From contig JBFWJG010000001.1 in NCBI GenBank assembly GCA_050253335.1, positions 46,153-110,152 of the forward strand: a stretch of DNA of 64,000 nucleotides. Direction: 5' to 3'. The notes under the pieces were generated by a model. That model was not told where the DNA came from. It saw nothing but the letters and a program-made list of their open reading frames with translations, and searched no databases. Of the stretch, positions 43,716 through 51,705 are shown in pieces (position 1 is the first letter of the stretch; every line of letters starts with the position of its first letter). Origin of the DNA: Deferribacterales bacterium (GTDB lineage: Bacteria > Chrysiogenota > Deferribacteres > Deferribacterales > Geovibrionaceae). Position numbers and translations under genes: made by a program.

Positions 43716-44081
43716 ATGGAAAGAGTAGGCATATTTATTATCAGGTATGACGGGCGTTTTATGGTTATGCCTGACGGTACGGGAACGTTAAGAGGCTTTT
43801 TAGAAGAAGGGGAGACCCCAACCGATGCGGCAGTCAGAGTTTTGGCGAACTCTGCCCCATGCGGCTACACAGGCTCTCCCGTGTTTGTTATATCCGAAAA
43901 AACAGAGGTTGCGAAGGATTATCTGTTTGCCGTCCGTGCGGCAAAGCATGACGGCAGATTTTTGAGCCACAAAGAACCTACGGATATGGTTCAGTGCTTA
44001 GCTTGGACTTCTCTGCGTCAGGCTGAAAAGAAAGAAAAATATGTAAAGAAACAAATAGCTGATAAGGCGGTGAACTCATGA
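43716..44081 (+). CDS. hypothetical protein with degenerate Nudix-like box
   Basis: GFLEEGETPTDAAVRVL lacks the REUxEE glutamates. Confidence 0.5.
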   Translation: MERVGIFIIRYDGRFMVMPDGTGTLRGFLEEGETPTDAAVRVLANSAPCGYTGSPVFVISEKTEVAKDYLFAVRAAKHDGRFLSHKEPTDMVQCLAWTSLRQAEKKEKYVKKQIADKAVNS

Positions 44082-44284
44082 GCTACACACATAACATGAC
44101 AAACGCAGAACGGCTTAGAGAGCTGGCTAAACTAAGCAGCACGGTTGGTGAGTTTCAGGACAAAGCCATATCGGGCGTAATGCTGAAAATGACTTTATCA
44201 GAGTTTGAAACAGAGCTGGAAACCATGAAGGTAGGGGATCTGCACGACTACTTTGAAAAGGTCAAAAACGGAGATGGAAAATGA
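44078..44284 (+). CDS. hypothetical phage protein
   Basis: Coupled ATGA overlaps at both ends. Confidence 0.55.
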   Translation: MSYTHNMTNAERLRELAKLSSTVGEFQDKAISGVMLKMTLSEFETELETMKVGDLHDYFEKVKNGDGK

Positions 44285-44766
44285 CCATACAAAACTGGAA
44301 CGATGTTGATAAGGCACTCCGCCTTATCGGTGAAAAAGAAATAGCACTGGCAAATATAGACGGCGATATGACGCTTAAAATAAACGCTGTGAAAGAGGAC
44401 GCAAAACAAGCAGCCGAAACCATAGCCATAGAGAAAAAGGAGCTTGAAAAGGCTGTAGAGGGCTTTTGTGAGGCGAATAAGGCTGAGTTTGCCCTTAAAC
44501 GCAGCAAAGAACTTACTTTCGGTGAGATAGGTTACAGGCTGGTTAAGTCCGTATCCATTCCAAGAGTTAAAACTAAGCTTGAATCACTCATAAAGAGCTT
44601 AAAGGTTTTCGGGCTTTCCGACTGCATTACATACACCGAAGCAGTGGACAAGGACAAGCTTACGGAATTGAAAGATGAAGACCTTGTAAAGCTCGGTTTA
44701 AAGCGCACCGTCAAGGATTCGTTCCGTATCAAAACCAACATTGAGAAGGTTAAGGAAGTCGGTTGA
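44281..44766 (+). CDS. gam: Mu Gam-like host-nuclease inhibitor
   Basis: WNDVDKALRLIG...FCEANK...KELTFGEIGYR...VDKDKL. Confidence 0.85.
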   Translation: MTIQNWNDVDKALRLIGEKEIALANIDGDMTLKINAVKEDAKQAAETIAIEKKELEKAVEGFCEANKAEFALKRSKELTFGEIGYRLVKSVSIPRVKTKLESLIKSLKVFGLSDCITYTEAVDKDKLTELKDEDLVKLGLKRTVKDSFRIKTNIEKVKEVG

Positions 44767-44797
44767 ACCCCAAGTACCAATTTAGCAGGAGATAGCT

Positions 44798-45085
44798 ATG
44801 AACACGAAAAGTCAGACGGTTTTCAATCAAAGCTTCCAAGAGGTTGTAGAGGTTGTGGGTATGGAAGGGGCGATAAAGCTTTGTGAAGTCTTTGGTGGGC
44901 TTGAAATATACATTCCAAAAATGGACTACCTAAAACGCTTGGAGAGGAACAGAGCTATAGTTGACGCTTATGACGGTACTCAAGCTTCTATTGCCCTGCT
45001 TGCTAAAGAATACCAGCTTTCTTCAAACCAAATCAGAGTGATTTTGAGAGGAAGGAAGACACGAAATAAGGAGATTGAAGCATGA
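44798..45085 (+). CDS. mor: Mor/C family transcription activator
   Basis: GAIKLCEVFGGLEIYIPK...RNRAI...LAKEYQLSSNQIRVIL. Confidence 0.88.
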   Translation: MNTKSQTVFNQSFQEVVEVVGMEGAIKLCEVFGGLEIYIPKMDYLKRLERNRAIVDAYDGTQASIALLAKEYQLSSNQIRVILRGRKTRNKEIEA

Positions 45086-45600
45086 GCAATAGGAAATATT
45101 ACACTCTTACGGGAGAAAGTCTTAAAAAGGTTAAAGTATTTGTTGATGAGCTTCAGGCAGTCTTTAAGAAAAGGAATGAGTACATGAAAATAAACAATTT
45201 CGCAGGACTCACGCATGGCGGTGGAGTTGTTAGCGGAGTGATTTTGAAGGAACAATCTGACGATAAAAAGTGGCGAAAAAGAAAAAAGGCTTCGCAGTAC
45301 GGATACGCTCATTACCCATCAAACACAAAAGAAGGCAAAAAGATTTCAGGTGAGCTAAGCAGACTTAGAGGAAAGGATATGATGGCTTTCAGCGATGAAT
45401 TTAACCTGCCTTTAGCGTTTACAATGGAAGGCTTATACACATCGGCAGTTCATCTTGTAGGCGAAAACATTATTTTGACTGTTCCAGAGCCAGAAGAAAT
45501 TAAGCCTGAACACCCTTTTTTCAAAGACGCTACCCTGCTTAAGCTAAGCGAGTATTACGCACTCAAAGAGCAGGTGCTAGAAGCCGAAACGCCCCGCTAG
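45082..45600 (+). CDS. hypothetical phage protein
   Basis: Coupled to mor; YPSNTKEGKKI; its 3' end overlaps a hammerhead ribozyme. Confidence 0.65.
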   Translation: MSNRKYYTLTGESLKKVKVFVDELQAVFKKRNEYMKINNFAGLTHGGGVVSGVILKEQSDDKKWRKRKKASQYGYAHYPSNTKEGKKISGELSRLRGKDMMAFSDEFNLPLAFTMEGLYTSAVHLVGENIILTVPEPEEIKPEHPFFKDATLLKLSEYYALKEQVLEAETPR

Positions 45601-45645
45601 GGGTGTCTGGTGGGAGTAACCGCCCATCACTGACGAGGCAGGTTA
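45583..45645 (+). ncRNA. type II hammerhead ribozyme #1
   Basis: gcc-GAAAC-gcccc(gcta)ggggt-GTC^-tggtggg(agtaaccg)cccatca-CTGACGA-ggc; loop taacc can pair with ggtta at 45641-45645. Confidence 0.88.
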
Positions 45646-45656
45646 AGGAGTTATCC

Positions 45657-45818
45657 ATGTGGAAATATATTGTTGGCTGGTTCATCGTGAACACTGTTTT
45701 TGCTATCTACGAAGAAATCGTATATGGCAAAGCTTTCGTACATATTTTTGACATTCTTAATGTGCTTTTTTGGGGTGGTTTGTATCTCCTTGAACTTTTC
45801 GGAGGAGCATATGAATAG
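45657..45818 (+). CDS. small two-TM protein
   Basis: AAGGAG RBS, MWKYIVGWFIV... Confidence 0.55.
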   Translation: MWKYIVGWFIVNTVFAIYEEIVYGKAFVHIFDILNVLFWGGLYLLELFGGAYE

Positions 45819-46371
45819 GGTAACGGCAAAGCAGGTTCAGCTGATTCATATAGCCAAAAAGCAGCTTGAAATATGCGATGACGATTACCGCAGTATTTTG
45901 AATGAATACTTCAAAGTTAGGAGTTCTAAAGACCTTACGGAACGTCAGGCTGAAAGACTGATTACTCATTTCAGGCAAAAAGGTTTCCGTATAAACACCG
46001 CCAAGAAAGCCAAGCCTACAGGCTCTACTATTATCGCTTTCCCTACATCATTTCAGCTTGAGCTTATAGAGGTTTTAAAAAGCAATATCGTATGGAAAGC
46101 AGGATTTGAGGGGTTTCAGCTTTGGCTTGAAAAGCGAATGAGGATTAAGAAAATTCGCACAAAGCAAGAGGCGGCAAAAGTCATTGAAGGCTTGAAAGCC
46201 ATGCTTGGGATTGATGCCGAGATAATCAAAATGAAATCGCTGCCTTTCCCTATATGCCTTGATGAAGCCTACTTTATAGATAACTTCACGGGTGAGGTTC
46301 TGCCCTTCAGGTGGGTTTATGACATTGAAAAAAGAAAGCTTATCAGAATTGAAAACTCTATATGGAGATAA
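45811..46371 (+). CDS. gemA: GemA / Mu gp16 (DUF1018) regulatory protein
   Basis: QLIHIAKKQL..DDDYRSIL...SSKDLT..QA..LI..F..GF; KVIEGLKAM. Confidence 0.85.
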   Translation: MNRVTAKQVQLIHIAKKQLEICDDDYRSILNEYFKVRSSKDLTERQAERLITHFRQKGFRINTAKKAKPTGSTIIAFPTSFQLELIEVLKSNIVWKAGFEGFQLWLEKRMRIKKIRTKQEAAKVIEGLKAMLGIDAEIIKMKSLPFPICLDEAYFIDNFTGEVLPFRWVYDIEKRKLIRIENSIWR

Positions 46372-46373
46372 AT

Positions 46374-46562
46374 ATGAGAATAACTTGTACTGCACAGATT
46401 CGCCCTTACTGCTTTTTTGGAACGGGGAAGTGCTGCCTTGCTTGTCCGTTAAACCAGAAGTGCCGCGAAGAAAATAAAAAGAAAGGTTGTAAGCTTATAC
46501 CTTGCGGTGATGAACACGCCGAATCTTTAAAAGAGTGTGGATTCTGCTCCATTGAGAAGTAA
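46374..46562 (+). CDS. small Cys-rich protein (10 Cys)
   Basis: GGAG RBS; MRITCTAQIRPYC...CCLAC...CGFC. Confidence 0.5.
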   Translation: MRITCTAQIRPYCFFGTGKCCLACPLNQKCREENKKKGCKLIPCGDEHAESLKECGFCSIEK

Positions 46563-46601
46563 GTGAAGATCTTAACAAAATTATATAAAAAGGAGATTAA
46601 A

Positions 46602-47069
46602 ATGAAAAACTGGGAAGACGTTTCAGCCGGAATAAGCAGGCTGACCGCAATTAAGCACGAAAAAAAGCAATTAAAAATCACAGCCGGAAGAGTGGCGGAC
46701 AGTGTTATTAACGAACTTGTCAAAAGAAGAGACGATGAAATCAACGCAATCAGAATGAAGTACGCTGAACTTATTCCGCAGGAACAGGCAAAAACGATAA
46801 AAGAGATCTCTTCCAAAAAAGACAAGCTCAATGAAGAAGCTTTTGAGCTTGAAGAATCTATAAAAGATTACGTGCTTCAAAGCAAGGAAACAAAGGAGAT
46901 AAAAGAGCTAATCGAACAGCCATACAAAAGAGATGACAATTCACCGTATGAGTTTAATAAGACCTTCAGAGAGGGGAGTATATACTATCGGAACAACCTT
47001 CCTTTCACCATACCTCCGTCATATTCAAGAAGTGAAGAGATTCAGATTATATTGAATTGTGATAGGTGA
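46602..47069 (+). CDS. second, divergent Gam-like coiled-coil protein
   Basis: MKNWEDVSAGISRL resembles Gam IQNWNDVDKALRL; KTFREGSIYYR resembles KELTFGEIGYR. Confidence 0.55.
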   Translation: MKNWEDVSAGISRLTAIKHEKKQLKITAGRVADSVINELVKRRDDEINAIRMKYAELIPQEQAKTIKEISSKKDKLNEEAFELEESIKDYVLQSKETKEIKELIEQPYKRDDNSPYEFNKTFREGSIYYRNNLPFTIPPSYSRSEEIQIILNCDR

Positions 47070-47073
47070 ATCA

Positions 47074-47676
47074 ATGGCTTGGGATAAAATAGCACGAACA
47101 GGCTCTTTTACTGATATGAACGGAAATACATACACCTTCACCGATGATATTCTCAAACGTTTGGTGCGTTCTTTCAAAACTGGTTCAGAAAAAGTACCCC
47201 TTGTCTTAGGTCACCCTGAAACAGACTATCCTGCACATGGTTGGATAAAAGATTTAAGAGTAAATAACGGCTTTCTTGAAGCTCAATATGAAAACCTCTC
47301 TGAAGAGTTGAAAAGACTCGTACAGGAAGGACGGTTTAAATATAAAAGTATCTCCGTTAATGGCGGTCTGACCAAGTTGAAGCACTTAGGCATACTAGGT
47401 GCGGTTGCACCTGCTATGAGCGGCTTAGGGAGCATTCAGTTTAATAAATATGATAACGGCATTGTGATGTACTTTGCTGAAAAGGTCATGGAGGGAAATA
47501 TGACATTAGAAGAATTAGGTAAAATGGTTGAGCAACAGCAAGACGAAATCGAAAAATGCAGAAGGGACATTGACGCACTTATGAAGGCAATCGCCGCAGG
47601 CGGTACTTCATCGTCTAGCTTCGCAAGTTCCAGTCACTACGGTGTATCAGGGCAGAAAATGGCAAGTAAGCTTTAA
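47074..47676 (+). CDS. Mu-like prohead protease (gpI-like) with short C-terminal scaffold
   Basis: IARTG.FTD, PLVLGHP..PAHGWI, GRFKYKSIS, LKHLGILGAVAPAM.GL. Confidence 0.85.
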   Translation: MAWDKIARTGSFTDMNGNTYTFTDDILKRLVRSFKTGSEKVPLVLGHPETDYPAHGWIKDLRVNNGFLEAQYENLSEELKRLVQEGRFKYKSISVNGGLTKLKHLGILGAVAPAMSGLGSIQFNKYDNGIVMYFAEKVMEGNMTLEELGKMVEQQQDEIEKCRRDIDALMKAIAAGGTSSSSFASSSHYGVSGQKMASKL

Positions 47677-47681
47677 CCTGA

Positions 47682-47735
47682 AGCCGAAACAGGGGAAAGC
47701 CCCCTGTCTGCAACTAAGCTTGTACTGATGAGGCT
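47682..47735 (+). ncRNA. type II hammerhead ribozyme #2
   Basis: agcc-GAAAC-agggg(aaagc)cccct-GTC^-tgcaa(ctaagc)ttgta-CTGATGA-ggct. Confidence 0.88.
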
Positions 47736-47819
47736 GCGGTAAAAAATTTAAAAACGACCCGCAAAAAATTACAAAAAACACACATCTTCAAAAAATTCAA
47801 AAAAAATCCTGAAAACCAA

Positions 47820-47920
47820 TCAAAACAGTTTTGACATTTAACACAAAAGGAGCGGAGTGTAAGACACCTGTTAAGAGATTTTTCTAAATTATCTCATCAT
47901 TAGCGGGTTCTTATCTTACA
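47820..47920 (-). repeat. right-end motifs of the Mu-like element
   Basis: Reverse complement reads TGTAAGATAAgaacccgctaatgatgAGATAAttt...tgtcaaaactgttttga. Confidence 0.7.
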
Positions 47921-47941
47921 CCCCGTCACCTTTTTGTTTGT

Positions 47942-48742
47942 TTATTTTACAGAAAAGCCCACTACGGCTTCGGGGGTGATCACTCTGAATGTGAATGATT
48001 CCGTAAGGAACAGGTGCACCTTTTCGGAATCGTGGTTGTGGTAGCCAACTGCAAAATCCTGCCCTATTGTGAGTTCAAGGTCGCCTTCCCTGTCAGCGAC
48101 GAGGAGAGCACCGTCAACCGCTTCCGAATAGACAACGGAACCTTTGATCTGCTGTTTGATCAGGTCTCCCAGTGTTCCGCCGGGGAAGAGCCGTGCGAGG
48201 TATTTCCACAGAGCGGGATTGACAACGAGATTTGCGCCGCCTGTAATCCCTTCCTTCATCATGCGTGTCTGAGCTTCGCTCACAGCGTCCACTATGCTGT
48301 CCTTGTCCAGAGTCATTGCAATTTTTGACTTGGCAGTAAGCTGGTTCAAGCCCACAATGCCGCTGTCCTTAAAACCGTTGAAAACAGCATTTTCCTCGAA
48401 TGCAGCAAGCTTTCTGGCCGCTTCGGTGAGGGGCTCCAGCTCAAGGTCTTTTGCGCCTCTGTCTATGTTGTCCAGCTCCCATATATCAAGGGAGAAATTG
48501 ACTCTCGCCTCAACAAGAGGAAGTATTTTGTGTACACCGAAGCATACCTCTCCTGCTTTCTGCTTAGCGGGCAGAGCAAGGCGCCCGAGGCTGACTGAAG
48601 TGTAATCTATGCCGTAAGGGCCTTCAACATCCGCAAACTTTCTGGCTGAAAGGTTAGCGGACAGGGTTTCTTTAGCGAGTGTGTTTATTTCTTTCCATGC
48701 TGCTGCGCTTATCGGTGCGAAATCTTTTCTGAGCAGATTCAT
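47942..48742 (-). CDS. family 1 encapsulin shell (Linocin M18-like)
   Basis: MNLLRKDFAPIS..AW, SARKFADVEGPYG, ELDNIDRGA, LTIGQDFAVGY, ESFTFRV. Confidence 0.95.
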   Translation of the reverse strand: MNLLRKDFAPISAAAWKEINTLAKETLSANLSARKFADVEGPYGIDYTSVSLGRLALPAKQKAGEVCFGVHKILPLVEARVNFSLDIWELDNIDRGAKDLELEPLTEAARKLAAFEENAVFNGFKDSGIVGLNQLTAKSKIAMTLDKDSIVDAVSEAQTRMMKEGITGGANLVVNPALWKYLARLFPGGTLGDLIKQQIKGSVVYSEAVDGALLVADREGDLELTIGQDFAVGYHNHDSEKVHLFLTESFTFRVITPEAVVGFSVK

Positions 48743-48756
48743 ATATTCCTCCTTGG

Positions 48757-49128
48757 TTATTTTTTCTTCAGGCTGCCGATTCCGAGCCCGCCGCTTTCGC
48801 CTGCCGCCGGTTCCGCGCCTTCGGCGGAAGCGCCTGAAAGAAATTCGTCTTCCACTTCTTTATATCCCTGCTGATAAAACTCTTCCTCCTGAGGATCAAG
48901 CTCCTTGAGCAGACGGAGAAATTCTCCGGCGTGCACCTTCTCCTCGTCGGCTATATCCATAAGAACCGCCTGAGCCAGCTTGTTGTCGGTGGATTCGGCA
49001 AGCTGCTGATAAAGCTGGATAGCTTCATATTCTGCCGCAACCATGAAACGGATGGCTCTGACAAGTTCCTGGTCTGTAAGTTTCCGGTCGTGTTTCAAAC
49101 CGCTGAAGGGATTTCCAAAATCGGGCAT
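48757..49128 (-). CDS. encapsulin cargo, ferritin-like/rubrerythrin-like protein
   Basis: EYEAIQLY..DIADEEKVHAGE; C-terminal cargo-loading peptide GGLGIGSLKKK. Confidence 0.92.
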   Translation of the reverse strand: MPDFGNPFSGLKHDRKLTDQELVRAIRFMVAAEYEAIQLYQQLAESTDNKLAQAVLMDIADEEKVHAGEFLRLLKELDPQEEEFYQQGYKEVEDEFLSGASAEGAEPAAGESGGLGIGSLKKK

Positions 49129-49350
49129 TTTATCCTCCTGTGCTCCTTTTTATTTAATAATACAATATAAACAGTGATATTTCGCAAGCATTACTCATGA
49201 TAATTAATATAAGATTAATTTTTGGAAAATACAAAGGATAATTTTTATTATTTAGATATTGAGTAAAAAAGGAGATGAGATGAAAACAGTTGAAAATAAA
49301 GCTGATGCCTAATAATATTCAGAAGATAAAATTAAGCTGAGAGGTGTCTC

Positions 49351-49527
49351 ATGAAACTTACTGCTCCGAAATTTATTACCTGGCTTCTGGGTACATTTCT
49401 GGGTGTTCTGGGACTGCTTGTATATTTCGGCGTGGTGAGCATCAGCGTCATGACTTTCAGCCCCTTCTGGCTTGTTGTGGCAGGCTTCGGAATACTCGCC
49501 GCCGCGCCTCTCTTCTCCGGACTGTAA
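49351..49527 (+). CDS. 58-aa two-TM membrane protein (not in ORF track)
   Basis: GAGG RBS; MKLTAPKFITWLLGTFLGVLGLL...FWLVVAGFGILAAAPLFSGL*. Confidence 0.7.
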   Translation: MKLTAPKFITWLLGTFLGVLGLLVYFGVVSISVMTFSPFWLVVAGFGILAAAPLFSGL

Positions 49528-49717
49528 ACCGTCCGCTATCCTGCATATCTTCATAAAATCCTCCTCAGTCCCCCTTTATTAAAGGGGGAAGTTATTGCCG
49601 TCAAAAGTAAAATGCTTTCTATGAACGCAAGTGAAACATTCGAAGTGAAGCCGAACAGATTCGGCGCGGGCGTGCGGGAAAACGGGCATGGTGCAGCGTT
49701 TCTGAACTGTCATAAAT

Positions 49718-49755
49718 AAAAAAGCGGCTTCCCTGAAACTCAGGAAAGCCGCTTT
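49718..49755 (-). terminator. terminator after the cytochrome gene
   Basis: aaaaagcggctt-cctga..tcagg-aaagccgcttt. Confidence 0.75.
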
Positions 49756-49783
49756 GCTGTATCTTGCTAAAATATTCTGATTC

Positions 49784-51283
49784 TTATTTATGGCATGTGT
49801 TGCATGACTTTTTCACACGCTGTTTCGTGTGGCAGTCGATGCAGAGTTTGTCGTGGAAGTCGTTTTTCATGCCTTTTATTTCGCCTACTTCAAACTTCAG
49901 AGCGCCTGCTTCGGGATCAGCGTGGCATTCTGTACATGCCATCTTCTGAGCGTGTGCGAGGTGTTCAAAGTTTACTGCGGGCTTTGTGGGCGCGGGAACA
50001 TATTTCTCTGCTATGTTGATTATCTCCATAGCGGAGGCGATGTCCATGAGCTCAGCGGGGTTTCCTGCAAATGCGGGTTCAGCGGGTGCTTCCTCTGCTG
50101 CTGCAGCTTTCTGGACAACAGGAGCCGCGGTTTCTTCAACAGCGGGGGCTGTCCATGTGTCTATGGCTTCCGTGAGTTCAAGCGCTCTTGTGAAGAGGGC
50201 ATCAAGATAGTCAGGGTTGTGAACTCCTTTTGAGCCGTCCATTTCAGCTATTCTGATTATGCGTGCGTATTCGTTGAAGAGCGCGCGTTTGCCCATGGGC
50301 ATATCGTCTCTTTCAGAGAAGAGCTGAGAGTATTTCCCTTTCACTTCGGCGAGCCTTTCTGCAAAAGCTTCCTGAGTGTCGGTCATGATATCGGCGTATG
50401 ATTCGTCGTGGCACGCTACGCATTTGTCTGTATTGGGACGGTCAAACGCTGTGTCGTGGCAGTCAGAGCAGGAGAGGTCAGCCATGTACCATCTCATTTC
50501 GTCCACGCCTTTAACATATGTGCCTTCCTGAAGGCCTTTCTGCATTGTATGGCAAGCAGCGCAGTCCTCGTTTGCGGGAACTGTCTGCACTTTTTCTCTT
50601 ACTGTATCGTGACAGTCGAAGCATGTCTGCATTTTGGGCTTGTTATAAAGCTCGCCGCCGTGGGCAACCCCGAGGTGGCAGTTTGTGCAGAGGAGTCCTG
50701 CGCTGATGTGTTTTGCGTGGTTAGGCTCAACACCTTTGGTCACAGGTTCGCCTGTTATGCTTGCGAGTCCGTATGATGTTCTATAGGAGGGGTTCTTAAC
50801 TTCGTCGATGTTTCTGAAATGGATTCCGACGGAGATAAGCTTCTCTCTGCGGAGCTGCTGGTTTACATCATCCGAGTGGCAGAAAAGACATGCCGCATCG
50901 GGCGCGGCGTGTTCAGCCGCCACAGGGTCAGTAGCCGCATGAGTAAGAAGTTCGAGAACTTTTTCGTCTGATACGAATATTTCATATAAAAGACTTTTTG
51001 TACCGGCCACGACATGCGCGTCAAGATAACCGAGTACGCCGGGATCTCCGTGACAGTCAAGACAGCTTACGTCCGCCTTGCTGTGAATGTTTTTGTCCCA
51101 CGTGAAGTGTTCGCCCCGTACGCCGACTCTCTGTTCTGCATGACACGTTTTACAGAATGTGTCCGTACTGGTCATGTGCATAGCCTCAAGACCGCCAAAC
51201 GTGGCTCCCACAACAATAACAATTATGGCAAGTACGAAGATGAGAGGGTCTTTACGGCTGAAGTTTTTGAGTTTCTGCCACAT
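49784..51283 (-). CDS. membrane-anchored 11-heme cytochrome c (NapC/NirT-like N-terminus, c3-like C-terminus)
   Basis: N-terminal TM; 11 CxxCH motifs counted. Confidence 0.9.
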   Translation of the reverse strand: MWQKLKNFSRKDPLIFVLAIIVIVVGATFGGLEAMHMTSTDTFCKTCHAEQRVGVRGEHFTWDKNIHSKADVSCLDCHGDPGVLGYLDAHVVAGTKSLLYEIFVSDEKVLELLTHAATDPVAAEHAAPDAACLFCHSDDVNQQLRREKLISVGIHFRNIDEVKNPSYRTSYGLASITGEPVTKGVEPNHAKHISAGLLCTNCHLGVAHGGELYNKPKMQTCFDCHDTVREKVQTVPANEDCAACHTMQKGLQEGTYVKGVDEMRWYMADLSCSDCHDTAFDRPNTDKCVACHDESYADIMTDTQEAFAERLAEVKGKYSQLFSERDDMPMGKRALFNEYARIIRIAEMDGSKGVHNPDYLDALFTRALELTEAIDTWTAPAVEETAAPVVQKAAAAEEAPAEPAFAGNPAELMDIASAMEIINIAEKYVPAPTKPAVNFEHLAHAQKMACTECHADPEAGALKFEVGEIKGMKNDFHDKLCIDCHTKQRVKKSCNTCHK

Positions 51284-51362
51284 TATAAAGCCTCCGTTAT
51301 GGTGAAAGAAGGGCAGGAATACCCCTTGCGGAAATTCCTGCCCTTTTATTGGTGCCTGTTAA

Positions 51363-51677
51363 TTAAACAACAAGAAGAAGGATAAGTGCAACTACGAGTG
51401 CGTAGATTGCGATTGACTCGATAAGCGCAAGACCGATGATCATGGTAGTGGAGATTTTACCGGATGCGCTGGGGTTTCTGGAGATGCCTTCCACTGCGCC
51501 GCGGATAGCGTTACCCTGACCCATACCTGTACCGAGAGCGGCAATACCCATACCGAAGCCTGCTGCTATGTAGTGTGCCCATTTGTAAGTTTCGCCGCCT
51601 TCTGCTGCGAATGCGCTTACTGAAAATACAGCCATGATAGCTGCTACGTTGAAAAGAATTTTTGCTGCTTTAGACAT
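51363..51677 (-). CDS. atpE: ATP synthase Fo subunit c
   Basis: [29 protein letters not shown]. Confidence 0.96.
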   Translation of the reverse strand: MSKAAKILFNVAAIMAVFSVSAFAAEGGETYKWAHYIAAGFGMGIAALGTGMGQGNAIRGAVEGISRNPSASGKISTTMIIGLALIESIAIYALVVALILLLVV

Positions 51678-51705
51678 TTAAGTCCTCCTGATATTAGTTT
51701 ATCTC

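Larger units (their letters stand above)
34451..47920 (+). mobile_element. compact Mu-like transposable element lacking capsid and tail genes (mini-Mu, satellite-like or reduced prophage)
   Basis: Repressor/ner, DDE transposase, AAA ATPase, gam, mor, gemA; inverted AGATAA-N16-AGATAA end motifs; right end ...TTACA at 47920; AT-richer than the flanks. Confidence 0.85.

Noticed and set aside
47942..48742. Encapsulin as the element's major capsid gene
   Set aside because: It lies outside the right end, on the opposite strand, has host-like composition and is paired with a tagged ferritin-like cargo.
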